Source: Nostoc punctiforme PCC 73102 (GTDB lineage: Bacteria; Cyanobacteriota; Cyanobacteriia; Cyanobacteriales; Nostocaceae). Taken from it: DNA of 32,000 bases. The translations under genes were made by a program, and so were the position numbers. Under the pieces are notes generated by a model. It had not been told where the DNA came from. It did no database searches and was given only the letters and a program-made list of their open reading frames with translations. Positions 1 to 7,830 of the stretch are shown in pieces. Numbering within the stretch: the first letter of the stretch is position 1; every line of letters begins with the position of its first letter. The stretch is taken from NCBI RefSeq assembly GCF_000020025.1, contig NC_010628.1, positions 2,610,001 to 2,642,000 on the forward strand, written 5' to 3'.

Positions 1-1249
1 GCAGCCAGAAATAGATAGCGATTCCCTAGCATTTTTGCAATACACATCAGGTTCTACGGGTACACCCAAGGGAGTAATGGTTAGTCATGGAAATTTACTC
101 CACAATCAAAAGATGATTCAGGCAGGTTTTCAAAATACAGAGAAAACCATTATTGTTGGCTGGTTGCCCTTATATCATGATATGGGTTTAATTGGTAATG
201 TACTGCAACCTTTGTACTTGGGTGTTCGCTGTATTCTCATGTCTCCAGTTGCTTTTCTGCAACGTCCAATTCGCTGGCTAGAAGCAATTTCCCGCTACCA
301 GGGTACTACCAGTGGTGGCCCTAATTTTGCTTTTGACTTGTGTATGCGAAAAGTGACTCCTCAACAACTATCTGCTCTCGATTTAAGCAGTTGGAATGTA
401 GCTTTTAATGGAGCAGAACCTGTACGTGTAGAAACGATTGAAAAGTTTTCATCCACCTTTGCATCCTGTGGTTTCCGAAAAGAAGCTTTTTATCCTTGTT
501 ATGGGATGGCAGAAACAACTTTATTTGTTTCTGGTGGAATAAAAACAGATGCACCCGTTTACATCACAGTTCGAGAAGATGAATTAGCGCAAAACCGCAT
601 CGTTTTAGCACAAGGAACCGAAGGAACTCGAACTTTGGTCGGTTGTGGGCAGACTTACATTAATCAAGAAATTGCGATCGCAAATCCTGAAACTTTAATT
701 CGCTGTGCTGCTGATGAAGTTGGCGAAATCTGGGTTGCGGGTTCGAGTATTACTCAAGGTTACTGGAATCGTCTCGAACTAACCGAGCAAGTATTTCGGG
801 CTAATCTTGCTGACTCGAAAAAACAGTTTTTCCGCACGGGAGACTTGGGGTTCCTGCATAATGGTGAATTATTTATTACTGGTCGTCTAAAGGATTTAAT
901 TATTATTCACGGTCGCAACCATTATCCTCAAGACATTGAGATGACTGTAGCCGATAGTCACGAGGCATTAATACTCGGAGCCGGGGCAGCTTTTACAATT
1001 GATAGCAAAGGGGAAGAAAGATTAGCGATTGTACAAGAAATAGACCGTCATTACAGAAACTTAGATAATGATGCTGTTACCGAAGTGATTAGGACTGCGA
1101 TCGCACAGCAGCATGAATTACAAGTCCATGCGATCGCACTGATAAAAATGGGTAGTATTTGCAAAACGTCGAGTGGCAAAATTCAGCGTCATGCCTGCCG
1201 AAATGCTTTTATTAACGGAACCCTAGAGTTATGGGGTAAAAATAAATAA
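1..1249 (+). CDS. Fatty acyl-AMP ligase (FAAL) / AMP-dependent synthetase, C-terminal ~415 aa; the 5' end lies outside the window (frame opens at nt 2)
   Basis: The ORF is open to the window edge (QPEIDSDSLAFLQ precedes the listed TTG). The AMP-binding core motif YTSGSTGTPKG lies at about nt 41-73. Later motifs are GYWN, FFRTGDLGF, GRLKDLIIIHGRNHYPQDIE and KTSSGKIQR. An ACP gene follows immediately, as is typical for FAAL loading modules. Confidence 0.85.
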   Translation, partial: QPEIDSDSLAFLQYTSGSTGTPKGVMVSHGNLLHNQKMIQAGFQNTEKTIIVGWLPLYHDMGLIGNVLQPLYLGVRCILMSPVAFLQRPIRWLEAISRYQGTTSGGPNFAFDLCMRKVTPQQLSALDLSSWNVAFNGAEPVRVETIEKFSSTFASCGFRKEAFYPCYGMAETTLFVSGGIKTDAPVYITVREDELAQNRIVLAQGTEGTRTLVGCGQTYINQEIAIANPETLIRCAADEVGEIWVAGSSITQGYWNRLELTEQVFRANLADSKKQFFRTGDLGFLHNGELFITGRLKDLIIIHGRNHYPQDIEMTVADSHEALILGAGAAFTIDSKGEERLAIVQEIDRHYRNLDNDAVTEVIRTAIAQQHELQVHAIALIKMGSICKTSSGKIQRHACRNAFINGTLELWGKNK

Positions 1250-1307
1250 TTTTGAGCGGTTTTACGTAGATAGACAAAAAACAAATTCAATACATTCTTG
1301 TAGAACA

Positions 1308-1568
1308 ATGAAAAACAAAAATTTAGAAGCAATTCAAGCTTGGTTCATTTCTTACATTGCTGATTTATTAGAAATAGAACCCGCACAGATAGACATCCAT
1401 AAATCCTTTGATAGCTATGGCTTAGATTCAGTTAGTGCTATTACTGTTGTAGGGGATTTAGAAGATTGGTTGGGGTTTAGTATTCCTTCTGAAATAGTTT
1501 ACAAATATCCCAGCATTGAGGCTTTGAGTCAACATTTAGCTCAAAATAACGGTTCTACCGATCCCTGA
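1308..1568 (+). CDS. Acyl carrier protein (phosphopantetheine-binding)
   Basis: An 86-aa acidic protein with the Ser attachment motif in YGLDSVSAI. It lies 58 nt downstream of the FAAL gene on the same strand. Confidence 0.85.
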   Translation: MKNKNLEAIQAWFISYIADLLEIEPAQIDIHKSFDSYGLDSVSAITVVGDLEDWLGFSIPSEIVYKYPSIEALSQHLAQNNGSTDP

Positions 1569-2369
1569 CTCGCTCTGCGTGACGCGGTAAACTGTCTATA
1601 CTTAACAGTAATTTCTGGATAGGTTTATACGGACAAAATTGGATAACTGCTTTTCATGAGTGTCAAATATGGGTTGAGGAACTCATGGGTTCTATTCGCA
1701 ATAAGCAGAGGTTTTATCGCCAGGGTTTGAAAGCTATGTCACTTATACAGCAAGCTCTTTAGCTCCTCTGTCGCCCCCTGAAAGCAGGAGCAGCAATTGG
1801 ACCGGGCGATCAAGGACTATGGTCGCCAATTGTGCCACCACGCCCAAGTATTGATGAAGTAGAACAACGCCAAAGACCTCAAGAAGAAGCAGGCAAACTA
1901 GAATTGCAGAAAACGGTGAAATATGAAATTACTTATGGTGTAGGTGAGTAACAGAAAATGCTACCTACTAACTATGATGTTTATCGACAGGTAGTGAATG
2001 CTTACCCATCCAGGACTCCTTTGCAACTGACACTAGGATTGAATGATGACTCGGTAGAAAAGGCTGAACCAGTTAGCAAATAGTCGTCTAACAAACTAGC
2101 CCAGAAGCGATCGACCTCTAGCACTTAGTCACGGAATTGACATTACTATTTCCAGGTGCAAAATCTGAGATACTCCTTACCCACTAGGGGTAGAAGTTCT
2201 CATCGACGAGATTGCCCAGAAAATGAAACATCTCAATGGCGAGAAGCTGGGAGACCCATCGAAAGTAGGGTATGCACTGGAAATGGGACACACCAGATAT
2301 AGCCGAGACATTGATATCAAATGCGATCGCCCCTCAAGTTTCCCCAAAGTGCGATCGCACTCATTTGAC

Positions 2370-3097
2370 TTAAGCGATCGCCAAATTCGTCAAACTACCG
2401 CTAAACCCGGTAATCTCAATCACCGCATTGCTGGTATCTTGGAAACCCGCCGTGCCATTATTCAGCGCCAGGAAGGTACGGCTACCATAGCTAAAGGTGG
2501 CTGCACGGTTGGCAACAAAGCTACCGTTAGTCAACACCGCGCTGATTGAGCCTTGGGTTAAAGCACTTACCGCCCCCAGTTCGGCTAGGTTAGCGGCACT
2601 AACAGCAGTGGGGCCATTGATGATATCTGTGCCAATTTTCAGGTCGGTGATGCGGTCAAAATTACTCAGCAGCGAATCACTCAAGGCGAAGCGGAAAGTA
2701 TCAGCCCCATTACCGCCCGTGAGATTATCAGCACCAGCACCGCCAACTAACAGGTCATCACCGTTACCACCGCCCAGGAGAATATCGTTGCCCAATCCGC
2801 CGATGAGGGTATCATTGCCATTGCCGCCATCGAGGTAGTCGGGGCCGTTATTGCCAAATTGGAGGTAGTGGCATCTTCGGTGACGCCCATTGGTTTATCA
2901 AACAATCGCTCGTAAGCAGCTACTCGCCCTTGCTCATTGCAACCGATGAAAAACACCCGATTAGTTTGATAAGTAGTGAAAGCCAGGCTAATAAACTGCG
3001 TTTGCAACCAGGGTATGAAGTGCGGCGAACAGTTAATTTCTAGTTTGGGCGCACTCGATGAAGGCATGGCGTGACTGCGCGGCAGAAAACTTTCCAT
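2370..3097 (-). pseudogene. Frame-broken chimera: N-terminal ~70 aa of a TIGR03032-like protein joined to the C-terminal part of an RTX (GGxGxD) calcium-binding repeat protein
   Basis: ORF 2747..3097(-) starts with APKLEINCSPHFIPWLQTQFISLAFTTYQTNRVFFIGC...FDKPMGV, which resembles a TIGR03032 N-terminus as I recall it. It then runs out of frame across nonapeptide repeats. A different frame, opened by a TAA at about 2893-2895 and with no ATG, reads [57 protein letters not shown] plus a ~95-aa tail and ends at 2370. The junction is at about 2870-2885. Confidence 0.5.
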
Positions 3098-3780
3098 ACA
3101 ACACTTTATTAATTGCTGATTATTTTTTTTGACAAAGCAAAATTATTTCCATTACCCCTAAAAGAAAAGGTATGGAAACAGCACCCAATTATTTAGTAAT
3201 TTTTATTGACGATAATTCGTCAATAGTATACTACGGCTAAATATTATGTATTGAAGCTAATTTCATCAAAAATTAATGGAAACTAAGAAATTTTTGAGCG
3301 AAAAATTTCTCAGTTTTCATTAATCTGCCAAGGCCATTACCAGTAATAAAATGCCCAGCTGTCGCTTTCGCCTTGAGGGCAAAAGCGCCTAGATATCTCG
3401 GTTGTGCCAAAAATATTATTGATACGGTTGGGCATTTTATTTCTTGGATCTCCCCAAGCACTCGTAATCCTTAACTTCTAATATCAATTCTCTAGAATCT
3501 GCCAACTTTTATACCAATGGGAACTGATAAATATGCACAATTAAGTTGGTGGGTGTGAATATTTATTATTGGGATAAAACAGAACGCAACTATGCTAAAG
3601 GCACAATTAGATAGGCTTTTGACCTATTTTATTTTTATTTATATAGTTTGGTTTTTTGAAACCGTTATACTGATACACAACAACGATCGCACTTTGAAGA
3701 AACTTGAAGTGCAATCGCTTAATTTTTACTTACACTTTCACAAACCAGCGTTGGCAATACATCACAACACCAACAGCCCA

Positions 3781-4041
3781 TCACAATAACACGGTGACTA
3801 TTCCAAAAAATAGGGAACCATTCAGCGCCCCTGCCCAAGATGCGAAAAAATTCTGGTAAATCCAATTGTAGGTACTAGGAGCATTTTCTCCCATACCAAT
3901 AGTGGTTTTGACTAAGATTTTAATCAATAAAACAGACACAACAAAAAGAGCGATCACATTTAAACCCATAATTTCAAAAGGCTTACCCCAGCGACGTATT
4001 AACCTTACTTCAATGAGTTCATAACAAGCTGCTAGCAACAA
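3781..4041 (-). pseudogene. Possible remnant of an integral membrane protein gene
   Basis: A hydrophobic 86-aa ORF with only a TTG start and a stop immediately upstream. A further TM-like segment (LIKGFVRRAVQPAIACLFLIFLITLFV) lies upstream in another frame at about 4085-4165. No family was recognised. Confidence 0.25.
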
Positions 4042-4171
4042 TAATGCCCAACCTGTTTAGAAGTTACGCATTGACAACTTAGACAAACAATGTAATCAGG
4101 AAAATTAGGAATAAACAGGCGATCGCAGGTTGTACCGCTCTACGCACAAAACCTTTGATGAGTAGGCCCAG

Positions 4172-7100
4172 TTATTGGTTCTCTGTGGGTACTGATTGCC
4201 AAGCAAGGCGATCTTTCCAGTGCGATATGAAATTAAGTTGAACTGTTAGCTTAAAGTCCTCCAAAGCTGCTGAAAAAGCTTTCTCTTTTAGCTTGGCTGC
4301 ACCTTGGTTGTGCAACTGTTTAGGGAATTGTGGATTCCATACATATTTTTGACAAGTTTGGTGAGCAATTTCTAGATCGCTACCATTTTCAGGATTTTGA
4401 AAGACGGGATGATAATGTAACCTGTTGCAGCAAACTTGCAACCATTCTTGCCACCCACAGTGCCACAAGCGGACTGTTCCATCAAGACTACCACTGGCAA
4501 TCCACTGACCATCAGGGCTAAAAGCTGCGGAATTTACCCAATACTCATGTCCGCGCCAAGGTTGACCAATGGGGTTGCCATTGCTATCCCACAAGCGGAT
4601 TGTCGAATCATTGCTGGCACTGATAATCCACTGACCATCAGGGCTAAAGGCGACAGAATTAACTTCTTTTTCATGTCCCTGCCAAGGTTGACCAATGGGG
4701 TTGCCATTGCTATCCCACAAGCGGATTGTCGAATCATTGCTGGCACTGATAATCCACTGACCATCAGGGCTAAAGGCGACAGAATTAACTTCTTTTTCAT
4801 GTCCCTGCCAAGGTTGACCAGTGGGGTTGCCATTGCTATCCCACAAGCGCACTGTCGAATCATTACTGGCACTGACAATCCACTGACCATCAGGGCTAAA
4901 GGCGACAGAATTAACTTCTTTTTCATGTCCCTGCCAAGGTTGACCAATGGGGTTGCCATTGCTATCCCACAAGCGGATTGTCGAATCATTACTGGCACTG
5001 ACAATCCACTGACCATCAGGGCTAAAGGCGACAGAATTAACTTCTTTTTCATGTCCCTGCCAAGGTTGACCAATGGGGTTGCCATTGCTATCCCACAAGC
5101 GGATTGTCGAATCATTACTGGCACTGACAATCCACTGACCATCAGGGCTAAAGGCGACAGAATTAACTTCTTTTTCATGTCCCTGCCAAGGTTGACCAGT
5201 GGGGTTGCCATTGCTATCCCACAAGCGGATTGTCGAATCATTGCTGGCACTGACAATCCACTGACCATCAGGGCTAAAGGCTACAGAATTGACCCAATTC
5301 TCATATTTGCGCTGCGATCGCCCGATGACCCGATCTTGTAGTATTTGATGTAGCTCCCACAAACGCACAGTGCGATCGCCACCACTGATAATCAGCTTGC
5401 CATCGGGGCTAAAGGCTAGGGAATTAACCTCTCCTTCATGTCCGCGCCAAGTTTGAGTGATAGAGTTGCCATTGATATTCCACAAGCGTATTGTCCGATC
5501 GCAGCTACCACTAATAATAAACTTGCCATCAGGGCTAAACGCTACAGAATTTACATGTCCTTCATGCCCGTGCCAAGGTTGACCGATGGGATTACCTTGT
5601 ATGTCCCACAACCGCACTGTAGAATCACTACCACCACTGACAATAAACTTGCGATCGGGGCTAAAGGTGGCGCAAATAATTTTTGCCTCATGTTTGTGCC
5701 AGGGTTGAGTGATGGTGTTACCTTCTAAATCCCACAAACATACCGTTCCGTCAAAACCAACACTGATAATGCAATCGCCATTTGGGCTAAAGGCGACGGA
5801 AATAACTCCTTCCTTGTGTCCGCGCCAAGGTTGAGTAATGGCGTTACCTTGTAAATCCCACAAACACACCGTTCCGTCAAAACCAACACTGACAATGCTT
5901 ACCCCAGAGGGGTTGGCGCAGCCATCGCTATTTGGGCTAAAGGCGACGGAAATAACTCCTTCCTCATGTCCCTGCCACGGTTGAGTAATGAGATTACCTT
6001 GTAGATCCCATAAACACAAAATTCCGTCAATACTGCCACTAGCAATAAACTTGCCATCAGGACTAAAGGCTATACAATTAACCTCTTGCTCGTGTCCACA
6101 CAAAAATTGAGCAGTAGGATTGCCAATGATATTCCACAAGCACAGCGTAGAATCGCTACTCCCACTAGCAATAAACTTGCCATCAGGACTAAAGGCTACA
6201 CAATTCACTTCTTGCTCGTGTCCACGCAAGCTATTTGCCTCTGTGGGTGTGTTCATTGCTTCCTTTAAGCTTCCCAAAACAGGAGCTAGAAGCTGGTTTG
6301 GGTATTTCTCTAGATTCTCACCCATTGTTTGAATTGCCAGCACCAAACCCTCTAGTGGTTGGACAGGAAGTAAATTCAAAACCCTGGCGGATTGCTCGCG
6401 CAGTTTTAATTCAGTCAGTGCAAGGTTTAACTTTTGAATCTCTTGTTCCTGGCGATCGCGCCATCCAACACTAGCATTAATAAATTGATTAGCTTGTTCG
6501 CTTAAATAACCAAACGTTTGCTCTTTTAGTTCTTTATAAGTCTTTGTCTTCAGAACCCGGTTTGCAATATTTTCCTTTTCCCACAATAAATTCAGGGTGT
6601 ATGCCAGAAGTGGTAAATAATCATTTTGTTGGTGAAAATCATGAATAATTTGCTCAACTAATCCTTGTTCAAAGGTAACGCCATTTCTAGCAGCAGGTTC
6701 AGCGATCGCTAACTTTAATTCTCCATCGCTCATTCTAGTGACTATACGACTATAGCGATCGTGGATCTTCGCAAGTTGGGGATACTCACTAAATCTATCC
6801 AAAAAATCAGACTGCATTGTTAAAACAATTTTGACAGAGCTATCCTGCTGCTGGAACAGTTGAAAGAGACTAGCAACAAATTTATCGCGTTCCGGTTTTT
6901 GAGTTTTTGTAAACAGTTCTTCAAATTGGTCAATAAAAATCAGAACGTGCTGATAATCTTGTTTGAGGAATGTGACAATTTTAATTAGGGTATTTGCTCT
7001 TATTTCTCGAGCAATATCCGCTATTGGCGATTTTTTACCAAAAGTAGAAGCAAGACACTGATAAATAGATTTAAAAGGACTTTCATCTGGGTGAAAACTT

Positions 7101-7426
7101 ATATTAATTAATGATTTTTTATGAGATCCTAAATAAGGAATTAAACCTGCCCGAATCAATGATGATTTGCCAGTGTCTGATGCTCCTAAAAGCAAGAGTA
7201 CATTATCTTTTTTTAAGCGATCGCCCAGATTAGCAATCCACTTCTCCCGACCAAAAAAGTTGTCTTTATCTTTAAGTTCAAAAGTTTTTAGTCCTAAGTA
7301 GGGAGAGTCTGTTTTAAGTGGACGACAATGAATGTCCTCAAAATTACTGTCAGAAAAAAAGTCGTATTCAGAAATACCTTGGACATTATACCCAATATTT
7401 ATATCGCCTTTAGAACTGTTAACCAT
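4172..7426 (-). CDS. STAND (NACHT/nSTAND-type) P-loop NTPase fused to 14 WD40 repeats
   Basis: ATG at 7426 preceded by GGAG. The N-terminus has SPYLGLKTFELKDKDNFFGRE followed by Walker A LLLGASDTGKSSL (about nt 7165-7200) and Walker B-like VLIFIDQFEELF. I count 14 repeats of the type GHExxVNSVAFSPDGxxIxSxSxDxTxRLWD, enough for two 7-bladed propellers. A C-terminal W/C-rich tail follows. Confidence 0.9.
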   Translation of the reverse strand: MVNSSKGDINIGYNVQGISEYDFFSDSNFEDIHCRPLKTDSPYLGLKTFELKDKDNFFGREKWIANLGDRLKKDNVLLLLGASDTGKSSLIRAGLIPYLGSHKKSLINISFHPDESPFKSIYQCLASTFGKKSPIADIAREIRANTLIKIVTFLKQDYQHVLIFIDQFEELFTKTQKPERDKFVASLFQLFQQQDSSVKIVLTMQSDFLDRFSEYPQLAKIHDRYSRIVTRMSDGELKLAIAEPAARNGVTFEQGLVEQIIHDFHQQNDYLPLLAYTLNLLWEKENIANRVLKTKTYKELKEQTFGYLSEQANQFINASVGWRDRQEQEIQKLNLALTELKLREQSARVLNLLPVQPLEGLVLAIQTMGENLEKYPNQLLAPVLGSLKEAMNTPTEANSLRGHEQEVNCVAFSPDGKFIASGSSDSTLCLWNIIGNPTAQFLCGHEQEVNCIAFSPDGKFIASGSIDGILCLWDLQGNLITQPWQGHEEGVISVAFSPNSDGCANPSGVSIVSVGFDGTVCLWDLQGNAITQPWRGHKEGVISVAFSPNGDCIISVGFDGTVCLWDLEGNTITQPWHKHEAKIICATFSPDRKFIVSGGSDSTVRLWDIQGNPIGQPWHGHEGHVNSVAFSPDGKFIISGSCDRTIRLWNINGNSITQTWRGHEGEVNSLAFSPDGKLIISGGDRTVRLWELHQILQDRVIGRSQRKYENWVNSVAFSPDGQWIVSASNDSTIRLWDSNGNPTGQPWQGHEKEVNSVAFSPDGQWIVSASNDSTIRLWDSNGNPIGQPWQGHEKEVNSVAFSPDGQWIVSASNDSTIRLWDSNGNPIGQPWQGHEKEVNSVAFSPDGQWIVSASNDSTVRLWDSNGNPTGQPWQGHEKEVNSVAFSPDGQWIISASNDSTIRLWDSNGNPIGQPWQGHEKEVNSVAFSPDGQWIISASNDSTIRLWDSNGNPIGQPWRGHEYWVNSAAFSPDGQWIASGSLDGTVRLWHCGWQEWLQVCCNRLHYHPVFQNPENGSDLEIAHQTCQKYVWNPQFPKQLHNQGAAKLKEKAFSAALEDFKLTVQLNFISHWKDRLAWQSVPTENQ
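4560..5300. repeat. Tandem array of about six 126-bp (42-codon) near-identical WD40 repeat units inside the STAND-WD40 gene
   Basis: The unit start GGTTGACCA(A/G)TGGGG recurs at 4560, 4686, 4812, 4938, 5064 and 5190, an exact 126-nt period. Units 4560/4686 are identical to each other, as are units 4938/5064. The others differ by a few substitutions. Confidence 0.95.
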
Positions 7427-7542
7427 CTTATCTCCTTACCTTTGGACATCTCTGGCTAAATCTTTACCTCAGTTATAGTTCCTCGGCTAATCTTTGTAAG
7501 TAACTCAACAAAATTAATTACCGAAGAAAGGCAGTGGTTCGA

Positions 7543-7602
7543 CTTCTCTGCGAGACGCTACGCGAACGCTCACCAACCAAGCAGGAGGCAGAAGGAAGAA
7601 AA
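7543..7602. repeat. Short dispersed repeat core (CTTCTCTGCGAGACGCTACGCGAACG) followed by a short CAGGAGG/CAGAAGG heptamer run
   Basis: The 26-nt core at 7543-7568 recurs with 24/26 identity at 14859-14884. The heptamers at 7582-7602 resemble the STRR arrays at 16830-17039. Confidence 0.7.
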
Positions 7603-7629
7603 TACAATTCTTGCTCTCTATCAATTTGG

Positions 7630-7752
7630 GCGAATATAATTCGCAGGTACACAGGCGAAGTCCACCTCCGTGGACTAATGAAAAAGTAAGAATCTTAACC
7701 CGCGCAGGCGGGTTTTGTCTGTATAGCCGCGACTTCTAGTCGCCAAGACTAG
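7630..7752. repeat. Cluster of consecutive short hairpin-forming palindromes (cyanobacterial MITE/SDR-like intergenic repeat)
   Basis: GCGAAT-ATA-ATTCGC (7630-7644), AGTCCAC-CTCC-GTGGACT (7659-7676), AACCCGC-GCAG-GCGGGTT (7697-7714), GCGAC-TTCTA-GTCGC (7729-7743) and the overlapping CTAGTC-GCCAA-GACTAG (7736-7752). Confidence 0.6.
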
Positions 7753-7830
7753 TTTTAAATACCTTTATTCAGCAAAATTACTTAAGTAACTTTCAAAAAT
7801 ATGTAGTAACTTTATCCTAAAACGCCAAAA

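Noticed and set aside
2223-2838. ORFs 2223..2549(+) and 2497..2838(+) overlapping the RTX remnant
   Set aside because: They are antisense or alternate-frame readings of the G/A/D-rich nonapeptide repeats. Their products are Pro/Ser/Leu/Arg-rich low-complexity sequences with no RBS or motif support.
3206-3223. TTGACGA-TAAT-TCGTCAA inverted repeat overlapping a TTGACG/TATACT promoter-like pair
   Set aside because: It is not associated with any intact downstream gene, because it sits in the decayed region. The -35/-10 spacing is only about 15 nt, so I do not call it a promoter or operator.
4560-5300. Regular direct repeats considered as a possible CRISPR array (likewise the STRR arrays at 16830-17039)
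   Set aside because: The repeats are contiguous with no unique spacers. The 126-bp units are in frame within a WD40 coding sequence, the STRR units are only 7 nt, and no cas genes are present.
4436-5341. Long ORFs on the + strand (4436..5341, 301 aa) and in a second minus-strand frame (4534..5268, 244 aa), both with internally repeated translations
   Set aside because: They are shadow frames of the 126-bp WD40 repeat unit, which happens to lack stops in those frames. Their periodic, low-complexity products match no fold, and the WD40 frame is unambiguous.
7531-7545. GTGGTTCGACTTC, reminiscent of a tRNA T-arm (GGTTCGA)
   Set aside because: No acceptor stem, anticodon arm or D-arm can be built around it. 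The same GGTTCG motif recurs at 14929-14934 as part of a dispersed repeat.
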